A program made the translations under genes and the position numbers. DNA of 64,000 bases from an uncultured Chloroflexia bacterium (GTDB taxonomy: Bacteria; Chloroflexota; Dehalococcoidia; DSTF01; JALHUB01): positions 1-64,000 of the forward strand of contig CAVSBT010000016.1 in NCBI GenBank assembly GCA_963726245.1, written 5' to 3'. Below the pieces are notes generated by a model. That model worked only from the letters and a program-made list of their open reading frames with translations. It was not told the origin of the DNA and did not search any database. This document shows positions 1 to 8,158 of this stretch, in pieces (within the stretch, counting starts at the first letter, position 1; each line of letters begins with the position of its first letter).

Positions 1-113
1 TTCAAGCGGGGGTCGCTGTAGAGCTCGCGGAAGGTGGCATCGCGCCGCCGGTACTCGTCGCGCTGCTCGCGCACCTGCGGAGGGAAGACGTGGGTGTGGA
101 AATCGACAATCAC
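1..113 (-). CDS. Amidohydrolase family protein, N-terminus (runs off the window edge)
   Basis: Manual translation from GTG at 113: MIVDFHTHVFPPQVREQRDEY, with the metal-binding DxHxH motif; start overlaps the stop of the upstream PIG-L gene. Confidence 0.8.
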   Translation of the reverse strand, partial: MIVDFHTHVFPPQVREQRDEYRRRDATFRELYSDPRL

Positions 114-820
114 GGCGGCCGCTCGAACTGCACTCGGCGGAAGCCCTCGGCGTACTTGCAGCCGGCCTTCTTGCCGACCTCGCGGTGCCAGCGGCGCATC
201 CGCTTCAGCAAGTCTCCCCTCGGCCGCTTTCCGACCTGGCTGGCGTGCTGTCGCAGCGCTTCCATCTTCCGGTCGAAGTAGGAGGTTATGTCGACGTCGT
301 GGTCGGGCTCCTCCGCGCCGGCAAGCCACAGCTCCGAGGCCCGGTAGGGCCCGAGCCCTTCCTCGCGGTGCTCGGGATAGAAGAGCAGGGAGCGCGCCGC
401 CGGGTAGATGGCGTCGTAGACCACGCGCCCGACGATGCGGTGGTCGCGATGGTTGAAGCCGCGCCGGAATCCGTCCCAGGTCACCACCACCTCGGGCTGA
501 TGCTTCCGCAGCAGCCGCACAATCTGCTCACGGAGCTCCAGGCTCTCCTCCAGGAAGCCGTCGGCATAGCCCAGGAAGATGCACTCCCTGACGCCCAGGA
601 CGCGGGCGGCGTCGCGCTGCTCTTTCTCGCGCCGGGCGGCCAGCTCCTGATGGGAGACGTTCTCGTCGCGGCTGCCCTTGTCGCCAGAGGTGGCGATGAC
701 GTAGTAGACGTCCCAGCCCTCGTCGCACCAGCGGGCGACGGCGCCGGCGCAGAGGAACTCGGCGTCATCGGGGTGGGCCATGACGACCATGGCCCGCCTG
801 GGGGCCTCTTGCTCGGCCAT
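110..820 (-). CDS. PIG-L/LmbE family N-acetyl deacetylase (MshB/BshB-like)
   Basis: AHPDDAE, SGDKG, RREKEQRDAARVLG, HRDH and HASQ motifs. Confidence 0.88.
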   Translation of the reverse strand: MAEQEAPRRAMVVMAHPDDAEFLCAGAVARWCDEGWDVYYVIATSGDKGSRDENVSHQELAARREKEQRDAARVLGVRECIFLGYADGFLEESLELREQIVRLLRKHQPEVVVTWDGFRRGFNHRDHRIVGRVVYDAIYPAARSLLFYPEHREEGLGPYRASELWLAGAEEPDHDVDITSYFDRKMEALRQHASQVGKRPRGDLLKRMRRWHREVGKKAGCKYAEGFRRVQFERPP

Positions 821-2112
821 CAGTCCTGTCCTCTTGAAATAGGGCCGCCGAATCCGGCGGCGTCAGCTCGCTGCCGGAAGGAGAGCGGTGCCTGCTTGCC
901 TGCGGACTTCCCTCGCGCAGAGAGCTCCCGGTACAGGCCCGCCACCGCCTCCGCCACGTTTGCCCAGCGGTAAAGCTCCACGGTCTCGCGGGCCGACTCG
1001 CCGAAGCGATGGCGCAGGGTCTCGTTGCCCAGCAGGAGCTCCAGGCGCTCGGCGAAGGGCTCCGGACAGCGCCAGGAGATGAGATAGCCCGTCTCGCCGT
1101 CCCGCACCGTGCCCGTCAGCCCGCCGACCCGTGAGGCCACGACCGGCGTCCCGCAGGCCATAGCCTCCAGGGCCACCAGCCCGAAGCTCTCGTAGTACGA
1201 CGGCACCACACAGACGTCAGCGGCATTGTAGTAGAGCGGCAACTGCTCGTGGTCCACGGCGCCCAGGAAGCACACCCGCTCGCCGATGCCCAGGTCCGAC
1301 GCCAGGTCCTGGAGGTGGCTCACCTGCTGCCGCGAGCGATTGTCGCCGCCCACGATGAGCACGTGGAAGTCCGACTCGTCGCCGAGCTGGGCAGCGGCGT
1401 TGATCAGGATGTCGATGCCCTTCAAGGGCTCGATGCGGCCCACGAACAGGATGATGCGCTCGTCGCTGTAGCCCAGAGCGCGACGGGCCTCCTCCTTGTC
1501 CTGGGGCCGGAACAGGTCGAGGTCGACGCCGCAGGGCACGACGGCCACACGGTCGGGGTCGGCGTCGTAGAGACGGGCCAGCAGGTGCTTCTCGTGCTGG
1601 CTGGCGCAGACGATGCGGTCCGCCTCAGCGGCCAGCCGGCGCTCCACGCGGATGCGCAGCGGCGCCTCGTGCTCCGTGACGCGCGCCCGGTTCTTCACCT
1701 CGCCCAGGGTGTGGAACATCGTGACGTGGGGCAGGCCCCAGCGCTCTTGAAGGCGAAGCGCCACCCAGCCCGAGAGCCAGTAGTGGCTGTGCAGCAGGTC
1801 GTAGGTCGAGCCCTCGGCGGAGGCGAAGCGAACCAGGTTCTCTTCGAACTGGTCCAGGTAGCGGCGCAGCCGCCCCTTCTCGACCGGCCGTCGCGGCCCG
1901 GCCTCCAGGTGCACCACGCGCACGTTCTCGCCGTCTTCGACGACATCAGGGGTCGATGCGTCCTGGCGGCGGGTGAAGACGTCGACCAGGAAGCCGCGCT
2001 GCCCCAGCTCCCGGCTGAGCTGCCGCACGTAGACGTTCATGCCGCCCGTCTCGGGGCCGCCCAGCGGAGCCAGGGGCGAGGTGTGGTAGCTGATCATGGC
2101 GACCCGCCGCAT
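820..2112 (-). CDS. mshA: GT4 glycosyltransferase, MshA-like (D-inositol-3-phosphate glycosyltransferase)
   Basis: True start MRRVAMISYHTSPLAPLGGPETGGMNVYV at 2112; HSHYWLSG, VGRIEPLKG and ESFGLVALEAMACG motifs. Confidence 0.8.
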   Translation of the reverse strand: MRRVAMISYHTSPLAPLGGPETGGMNVYVRQLSRELGQRGFLVDVFTRRQDASTPDVVEDGENVRVVHLEAGPRRPVEKGRLRRYLDQFEENLVRFASAEGSTYDLLHSHYWLSGWVALRLQERWGLPHVTMFHTLGEVKNRARVTEHEAPLRIRVERRLAAEADRIVCASQHEKHLLARLYDADPDRVAVVPCGVDLDLFRPQDKEEARRALGYSDERIILFVGRIEPLKGIDILINAAAQLGDESDFHVLIVGGDNRSRQQVSHLQDLASDLGIGERVCFLGAVDHEQLPLYYNAADVCVVPSYYESFGLVALEAMACGTPVVASRVGGLTGTVRDGETGYLISWRCPEPFAERLELLLGNETLRHRFGESARETVELYRWANVAEAVAGLYRELSARGKSAGKQAPLSFRQRADAAGFGGPISRGQD

Positions 2113-2123
2113 CGCGCGCCTCG

Positions 2124-3107
2124 CTAGCTCCGCCGCACCCGGCAGCGGTAGATGGGGAGGTCGTGGCCCCCCAGGTCGTACTTGTAGGGCTCGCTGCCGC
2201 GCAGGAAATCCACGCAGCCCTTCCCTTCTTTGATGGCGACCTCCAGGCAGAGGACCTTGGAGAGCAGGCCCACCGACAGGGAGGACAGGTCGGGGTCGAA
2301 ACCGCTGTTGTAGAGGTGGAGCTGCCGGCAGCAGTCGAAGCAGAGCACCGAGGCCGCCGGGCGGCCGTCGAGGTCCATCATGAAGAGGCGGATGAGCCCT
2401 TCGCCGGCCAGGGCGACCGACATGTCCCGGAAGAAGCCCTCCATCTGGGGGCTCATGAACTCGGCCTTGTCGCTGCGGCTGGCGGTGTGCAGTCGGAGGA
2501 AGTCCTCGATGCCGGCGGCCACCTCCGGCGGCGAGCGCAGGTCGCGGAGCTCCACGCGGGCCCCACTCTGGCTCAGCCGGCGCATCTTGCGTCGCAGCTC
2601 GTGGCGGTCCTTCCCATTCAGGCGCTCCAGGTACTCCTCCCAGGAGGAGGGCAGCTCTACGTGCGGCGCCACCGCCTCCAGCTCCTGCTCGACCCGCCAG
2701 CCCAGGCCGTTGGTCGCCGTGGGCAGCGCTGCCAGCGCCGGCGAGTAGGCGGCCAGCCCCCTCAGGTCCATCTCCTCCCAGGACTCCTCGCCCAGCGAAT
2801 GGAGTACGGCGGCGAAGAACTCGCCCTCCCGGCCGGGCTCCACCACGAAGTCCATGTAGTCGCAAATCTCATGGTCGCCGACCAGGGCGAGGCGCGGGCC
2901 TTCGCGCATGAGGGGCGCTACGCCCACCAGGCGCTCGCCGTCGCGGACGGCCAGGAACAGGGGCTCCCGCCCGTCGCCGAAGTGCTTCAGCCACAGCTCC
3001 TGCCAGATGGGGCGATGAAAGACGTGGGGCTCCGGTGTCCGCGAGACGAGGTCCTGCCACTCGTCGCGGAGGCTCTCCAGGTCCTGCCTTCGAACCGAAA
3101 GAGCCAT
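2124..3107 (-). CDS. GNAT/Fem-like acyltransferase (CelD/BcsL, Acetyltransf_6 type)
   Basis: LPSSWEEYLERLNGKDRHELRRKMRR, YNSGFDP and DFLRGSEPYKYDLG motifs. Confidence 0.8.
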   Translation of the reverse strand: MALSVRRQDLESLRDEWQDLVSRTPEPHVFHRPIWQELWLKHFGDGREPLFLAVRDGERLVGVAPLMREGPRLALVGDHEICDYMDFVVEPGREGEFFAAVLHSLGEESWEEMDLRGLAAYSPALAALPTATNGLGWRVEQELEAVAPHVELPSSWEEYLERLNGKDRHELRRKMRRLSQSGARVELRDLRSPPEVAAGIEDFLRLHTASRSDKAEFMSPQMEGFFRDMSVALAGEGLIRLFMMDLDGRPAASVLCFDCCRQLHLYNSGFDPDLSSLSVGLLSKVLCLEVAIKEGKGCVDFLRGSEPYKYDLGGHDLPIYRCRVRRS

Positions 3108-3112
3108 GGGGA

Positions 3113-3724
3113 CTACTTGCCCTGCACCAGAGAGAGGAACTCCGAGCGGCTGAGGGCGCTGCGCTGGAACTGGCCGCGCATCGCCGAGGTGACCACGCGG
3201 CTCCCCGGCTTCTTCACGCCCCGGAAGCTGAGGCAGAGGTGCTCCGCCTCCACGACCACGGCCACGCCGTCGGGCTTCAGCGTCTCCAGGATGCAGTCGG
3301 CCACCTGGCTGGTCAGCCGCTCCTGGAGCTGCGGACGCCAGGCAAAGGCGTCGACCACCCGCGCGAGCTTACTCAGCCCCACCACGCGCCCGTTAGGGAC
3401 GTAGCCCACGTGGACGCTGCCCAGGAAAGGCAGAAGGTGATGCTCGCAGAGGGAGTGGAAGGGGATGTCCTTCAGAATCACCATCTCGTCGTGGCGCTCC
3501 TCGAAGCCGACGCGCAGGATCTCGTAGGGGTCGATAGCCAGGCCGGCGAAGAGCTCGGCGTACATCTTGGCGACGCGGTGAGGCGTCTGCCGCAGCCCCT
3601 CGCGCTCCAGGTCCTCGCCGATGGCCTCGAGGATCTCGCGCACCGCCGCCGCGATGCGCTCCTTGTCGACCGCGCACCCCTCGGCGGGCTTCGCCGTGCC
3701 TGTTGTCCGACGCGGGCTGCTCAA
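3113..3724 (-). CDS. folE: GTP cyclohydrolase I
   Basis: [33 protein letters not shown] and AEHLC motifs. Confidence 0.95.
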   Translation of the reverse strand: MSSPRRTTGTAKPAEGCAVDKERIAAAVREILEAIGEDLEREGLRQTPHRVAKMYAELFAGLAIDPYEILRVGFEERHDEMVILKDIPFHSLCEHHLLPFLGSVHVGYVPNGRVVGLSKLARVVDAFAWRPQLQERLTSQVADCILETLKPDGVAVVVEAEHLCLSFRGVKKPGSRVVTSAMRGQFQRSALSRSEFLSLVQGK

Positions 3725-3876
3725 TTCCGTGCGCTTGACCTCACTCTGAGAGCAAGACCGCCCTGCGCGGGCGGCGTAGATGGGCCTGCCTGCCGGCAGG
3801 CGCGAGGCGAACCACGAACAAGCCTAGCACTAACAGTCTATCAGCGGCCGCTTCAGGGGGTCAAGGAAAGGGAATC

Positions 3877-4386
3877 TTACTGCGCCAGGGTCTCTTCAAT
3901 CTCAGTCCGAGCGCGCCGGACGACCTCGCTGATGCGGTGCAGCTTCCCAGGCTTGGCCCATTCCTTTCTGTCTACTCGACTGATGGCCTGAGCCATGCCG
4001 CGGAGCTCCCCCAACAAGTGCCGCAGGTCATCGCGCACGGACGGGGTCCACCAAGTCCGCAGTCGCTCGTGGATGCCGTGCACGACCTCCTCACGCTCGG
4101 CGAGGAACCGCGTGCCTTCGTCCGTGATCTGGTAGACCCTCTTTCCGTCACGCTCGGTGACCGTGACGCAGCCCATGTCCTCCAGCATCTGGAGAGTCGG
4201 ATAGACGGCCCCTGGGCTTGGTGCGTAGAGGCCTCCGACGCGCTCTTCGAGCGCGCGGAGCACCTCGTAGCCGTGGCACGGCTTCTCCGCGATCAGTTCC
4301 AGGATCACGTACTTCAGGTCACCCTTCTCAAACAGGTGTGCCCTTGCGTGGCGCCCAGAATGGAACCACCGACCTCTTTCATGCAT
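3877..4386 (-). CDS. PadR family transcriptional regulator
   Basis: HGYEVL, PSPGAVYPTLQMLED and KRVYQITDEG motifs. Confidence 0.92.
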   Translation of the reverse strand: MHERGRWFHSGRHARAHLFEKGDLKYVILELIAEKPCHGYEVLRALEERVGGLYAPSPGAVYPTLQMLEDMGCVTVTERDGKRVYQITDEGTRFLAEREEVVHGIHERLRTWWTPSVRDDLRHLLGELRGMAQAISRVDRKEWAKPGKLHRISEVVRRARTEIEETLAQ

Positions 4387-4414
4387 GTCGTCCCTCCTTG
4401 TTGGAACCTAGTGT

Positions 4415-4467
4415 GATGTGTCGTGACATGTCGCGATATATCTTATTGTCTTTTGGTCCGTTGTCAA
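4415..4467 (-). promoter_or_regulatory. padR promoter with an imperfect 28-bp palindromic operator
   Basis: Minus-strand TTGACA (4467-4462), 16 nt, TAAGAT; overlaps the palindrome GATGTGTCGTGACA|TGTCGCGATATATC (4415-4442). Confidence 0.6.
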
Positions 4468-4639
4468 GGGCCTGGGTGCCGATCTGTGTTGTCGAGTTTG
4501 CTCAAGAGCGGTATGCTGACGGCGCTGAGAAGGCCGATACTTGAAGGATCGGGCAGTAGAGGCCGGGAGCAGGGACTTTGTTTGACGGCCCGTTCCGATT
4601 GTTTCCCCGCTCCAGGGTTTCGGCAAGGAGGAGGACGGC

Positions 4640-4981
4640 ATGCAGAGCTGTCTCTTCTGCAACATGGCGGCTGGTCGCACGGAGGCGACCAAGCTGCACG
4701 ACGACGACCTGGTCTTCGCAATCCGAGACATCCATCCCCGAGCGCCGGTGCACTTCATGGTGATCGCCAAGGAGCACATACCGGGAGTGCAGGACATTGG
4801 CGAGGAGCATGGCCCGCTGCTGGCGCGGATGGTGACGGTGGCCAATCAGATAGCGAAGACGGAAGGCATCGCCAAGCGCGGCTACCGGTTGACGTTCAAC
4901 TGCGGCGAAGATGGGGGTCAGCTCATCTACCATCTCCACCTGCACGTGCTGGGCGGCCGGCGGCTGGGAGCCGAGGGCTAG
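4640..4981 (+). CDS. Histidine triad (HIT) nucleotide-binding protein
   Basis: CLFC, DIHPRAPVH and HLHLHVLGGR motifs. Confidence 0.93.
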   Translation: MQSCLFCNMAAGRTEATKLHDDDLVFAIRDIHPRAPVHFMVIAKEHIPGVQDIGEEHGPLLARMVTVANQIAKTEGIAKRGYRLTFNCGEDGGQLIYHLHLHVLGGRRLGAEG

Positions 4982-4989
4982 CGGCGTCC

Positions 4990-5610
4990 GTGGGCGGGGC
5001 GGGGCACGAGTCGCTGAGAGCTCAGATCGAGGGGCTGCCCGGCGGGCTGCGCCGCCACATCGAGGCGGTGGTGGCGGAAGCGAGGCGCCTGGCCCGCCTC
5101 CACGGCGTCGACGAGGAGCGGGCGGCGCTGGCGGCCCGGACGCACGACATCGCCCGGGCGATGCCGCCTGACGAGCTCCTGCGCCTGGCCCGAGAGCTGG
5201 GCTTGAACCCCAACGAAGTGGAACAGACAGCGCCTATCCTTCTCCACGGGCCGGTGGCGGCGGCCTTGCTGGCCGGCCGCTACGGCGTCGAGGACGAGGA
5301 GGTGCTGGCCGTGGCCCGCTGGCACAGCACGGGGCGGGCCGGCATGTCGGCCCTCGAGAAGGTTGTGTTCCTGGCCGACAAGGTGGAGCCGGGGAAAGTA
5401 GCGGGACGGCCGGACCTGGAGGAGGTGCGGCGGCTGGCCGAGACCGACCTCGAAGGGGCCGTGCTGCGCTACCTGGACCTGCAACTGCTGGAGGCGGTGC
5501 GGCAGGGCTGGCCCCTGCACCCCGACGCCGTCGCGGCCCGCAACGAGCTGCTCCTCGCCCGGCAGAGGAAGGGGACAGGCAGCGCCGTTCGGATGCCCGC
5601 AGGCACTTGA
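4990..5610 (+). CDS. yqeK: HD-domain Ap4A hydrolase, YqeK-like
   Basis: HDIAR, LLHGPVAA, WHSTG and FLADKVEPG motifs; start GTG 4990 inferred. Confidence 0.82.
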   Translation: MGGAGHESLRAQIEGLPGGLRRHIEAVVAEARRLARLHGVDEERAALAARTHDIARAMPPDELLRLARELGLNPNEVEQTAPILLHGPVAAALLAGRYGVEDEEVLAVARWHSTGRAGMSALEKVVFLADKVEPGKVAGRPDLEEVRRLAETDLEGAVLRYLDLQLLEAVRQGWPLHPDAVAARNELLLARQRKGTGSAVRMPAGT

Positions 5611-5673
5611 CTTTGCCCAAAGTTGAGAGTAGTTTATTGAAGGTACTAAATTTAGCCCTCAGGGTAACACTTT

Positions 5674-6909
5674 ATGAATATCGACATCAGCGAACTTGAG
5701 GCCCCCGAATTCCAGAACCCTTTTCGGCCCGGTGCTGGCCACATGCCGCCCTACCTCGCCGGCCGCGAAACGGAGAAACGCGAATTTGCCAAGCATCTCG
5801 ACCAAGAGACAATCTTCGAGAACCTGATTCTTACCGGGCTCCGAGGAGTGGGCAAGACGGTGTTGCTGGAAACGCTGAAGCCGATCGCAATTCAGAAGGG
5901 TTGGCTCTGGGTGGGGACCGACATGTCGGAGTCCACAAGCGTCAGCGAAGCCACCTTAGCGACTCGGTTGCTTACCGATCTCGCCGTTGTGACCTCGAAC
6001 ATCGTGACGGGGGAATCGGAAAGAGTAGGCTTCGGTGCCCGCCCTACCAGTCCCCCACACACGCTCGATTTCCAGGGGCTGTCTGAGATCTGGACGGCCA
6101 CTCCTGGACTGGCCGCCGACAAGCTAAAGGCGGTGCTCGAAAGAGTGTGGCTGTACATCGAGCCTCTGAGGAAGCGGGGCATTATATTCGCGTACGATGA
6201 GGCCCAGAACTTGGCAGATCACGCGGAAAAAGACGAGTATCCTCTCTCGCTGCTTCTGGATGTGTTTCAGTCGATTCAGCGAAGAGGAATTCGCTTCATG
6301 CTCGTCCTTACCGGACTGCCAACGCTGTTCCCCAAGCTCGTAGAGGCAAGGACATTCGCTGAGCGGATGTTCCATATAGTGTTCTTGGACAAGCTGAGCA
6401 GGGAAGACAGTAAGGACGCCATTCTCAAGCCGATAGACGACGCCGCCTGCCCTGTGCAGTTCAAAGGAGGTTCTGTCGACTCGATCTATGCGATCACCCT
6501 GGGCTACCCCTATTTCATCCAGTACGTGTGCCGCGAGGTCTTTGATGTTTGGACCCAGAACCTAGCGGCCGGGGAACAATTCCGAGACATCCCTATGCCC
6601 GAAATCATGCGCAAACTCGATTCAGACTTCTTCGCTGGCCGATGGGCCCGGGCCACTGACAGACAGCGCGACTTGCTGGGTGTCGTTGCGTTGCTCGAGA
6701 ATTGCGCGTCAGAGTTCACGGTCCAAGAGATCGTGGAGAAGTCGGGAGAAGTGCTCGCCAAGCCGTTCAGCCCCAGCCATGTCAATCAGATGCTAGTCTC
6801 GCTATGCAATGCAGGACTCGTGTACAAGAATCGATGGGGCAAGTATTCGTTGGCGGTCCCGCTCCTAGACGGATTCATCCGTCGGCAGTTGGAGACGCTG
6901 CAGCGCTAG
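5674..6909 (+). CDS. Stand-alone AAA+ ATPase (AAA_16/STAND-like) with C-terminal winged helix
   Basis: NPFRPGAG..PPYLAGRE, Walker A GLRGVGKT, Walker B FAYDEAQ, GYPYFIQ; visibly more AT-rich than flanks. Confidence 0.85.
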   Translation: MNIDISELEAPEFQNPFRPGAGHMPPYLAGRETEKREFAKHLDQETIFENLILTGLRGVGKTVLLETLKPIAIQKGWLWVGTDMSESTSVSEATLATRLLTDLAVVTSNIVTGESERVGFGARPTSPPHTLDFQGLSEIWTATPGLAADKLKAVLERVWLYIEPLRKRGIIFAYDEAQNLADHAEKDEYPLSLLLDVFQSIQRRGIRFMLVLTGLPTLFPKLVEARTFAERMFHIVFLDKLSREDSKDAILKPIDDAACPVQFKGGSVDSIYAITLGYPYFIQYVCREVFDVWTQNLAAGEQFRDIPMPEIMRKLDSDFFAGRWARATDRQRDLLGVVALLENCASEFTVQEIVEKSGEVLAKPFSPSHVNQMLVSLCNAGLVYKNRWGKYSLAVPLLDGFIRRQLETLQR

Positions 6910-6992
6910 CTGCCGTTGCCCTCCTCGACCCCGAATCTCAACTTCCACAACCTCATGTGCCTCCCGTCCGGTCTCTCAGTGACAGGGCCCTG

Positions 6993-7021
6993 TTGACGGA
7001 GTAGAACACATATTCTATTCT
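6993..7021 (+). promoter_or_regulatory. Sigma70 promoter with LexA-like box upstream of the phage-like module
   Basis: TTGACG, 17 nt, TATTCT; AGAAC-ACAT-ATTCT (7003-7016) is one mismatch from AGAAC-N4-GTTCT. Confidence 0.65.
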
Positions 7022-7071
7022 TCTTGTCGCCTGGTGGCCTTTCTTCGGCAAGCTCCGGCGCCAAGCGAGAC

Positions 7072-7413
7072 ATGATTAGGCGGGCAACCCTTCCCATGTT
7101 GCACGGACTGGTGGCCGCCCAGGACCTGGTAGCGGCGGCCTGTGGCACGCTGAACGCCCTCTACTTCCTCCACTACTGGCTGCGGCGGCGCCCCAGCCCC
7201 CGGCGGCGGCTGGGGGCCGCCGCCCTGGCGACGGTGAACGCCGCCCTGGTAGTGGAGAGCCTCTTCTTCCTGGCCCTCTACGCATCGTGGCACTGGCAAG
7301 GGGCGGCGGAGCCGTTCCTGTGGCCGCCGGTGTGGCTTCTGGCCCGGCTGCCGCTGCTGCTGGGGGCCGCGTTCATCTCGGCCCTGGTGCTGCGGCAACT
7401 GCGGCGGCAGTAG
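7072..7413 (+). CDS. Small ~3-TM membrane protein (holin-like candidate)
   Basis: Three hydrophobic segments, basic loop and C-terminus; first gene after the promoter. Confidence 0.55.
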   Translation: MIRRATLPMLHGLVAAQDLVAAACGTLNALYFLHYWLRRRPSPRRRLGAAALATVNAALVVESLFFLALYASWHWQGAAEPFLWPPVWLLARLPLLLGAAFISALVLRQLRRQ

Positions 7414-7427
7414 GAGAGGAGAGGTAG

Positions 7428-7586
7428 ATGTCGCCCCTGGCGGTGGCGGTGGAGCGTCGGGCCTGGACCCTGGTAGCCCTCTACCTCCTGCTGGGCGTCG
7501 TCGAGGCGGCGTCGCGGCTGCCGCCGGAGGCGGTGGAAGGGCTGCTGGAGGCCCTGGAAGGGCCGCCCGGCCGTGGCGAAGGCTGA
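7428..7586 (+). CDS. Small hypothetical protein, 52 aa (not in the ORF track)
   Basis: SD GGAGAGG then MSPLAVAVERRAWTLVALYLLLGVVEAASRLPPEAVEGLLEALEG; overlaps the next start. Confidence 0.6.
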   Translation: MSPLAVAVERRAWTLVALYLLLGVVEAASRLPPEAVEGLLEALEGPPGRGEG

Positions 7587-7923
7587 GGGCAGCCGGCGCA
7601 AGAGGGGCCGGCGGCCGACAGCGGCGGGCTTCTACCGGTCGGCCCTGAGCGAGGCGGAGCGGCTGGCCCTCTCCGAGGCAGCGGAGATGCGCGGCCTCGA
7701 CGACGAGATAGCCGTCCTCCGCGTGAAGCTGCGAACGGCGATAGAGGAGAGTCCGCAGGACGTGAAGCTGATGTTCAAGGGGCTGGAGCTACTGGTAAAG
7801 GCGCTGGCTGCCCGCTACCGGCTCTCGCAGCAGGCGGAGGGCGAGCTCTCGGAGAGGGTGGAGGCGGTGCTGCGCGACCTGGGCGCCCCCCTCTACCCGG
7901 AGGTCTTCGGCGATGCAGCGTGA
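7573..7923 (+). CDS. Putative terminase small subunit
   Basis: GFYRSAL..LDDEIAVLRVKL helical pattern; lies upstream of TerL. Confidence 0.55.
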   Translation: MAKAEGSRRKRGRRPTAAGFYRSALSEAERLALSEAAEMRGLDDEIAVLRVKLRTAIEESPQDVKLMFKGLELLVKALAARYRLSQQAEGELSERVEAVLRDLGAPLYPEVFGDAA

Positions 7924-8158
7924 GGCGGAGGCAGAGGCCATCACCACCGAGACAGCGCCCGCCGGGCGGCGGCGCGGCGCCCAGACGGGCCCAAGGGGTC
8001 CGCGGCAGGGGAGCGCCGCCGCTTTCCGCGCCGCCGTGGAGGAGCGCCTGCGCGCCCTGGAGCGGGAGATGGCGGAGGTGAAGGGCCGGATCAACGGCCT
8101 CATCTTCCTCATCGCCGGGACGGTGGCGACGCAGGTCATCCTCCGCCTCATGCAGTAG
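7913..8158 (+). CDS. Small coiled-coil plus C-terminal TM protein
   Basis: VEERLRALEREMAEVKGRIN followed by hydrophobic GLIFLIAGTVATQVIL. Confidence 0.6.
   Translation: MQREAEAEAITTETAPAGRRRGAQTGPRGPRQGSAAAFRAAVEERLRALEREMAEVKGRINGLIFLIAGTVATQVILRLMQ

Noticed and set aside
2113-2865. 681-aa ORF as a large MshA fusion
   Set aside because: The N-terminal 250 aa is an alternative-frame overlap of the GNAT gene; the real start is at 2112.
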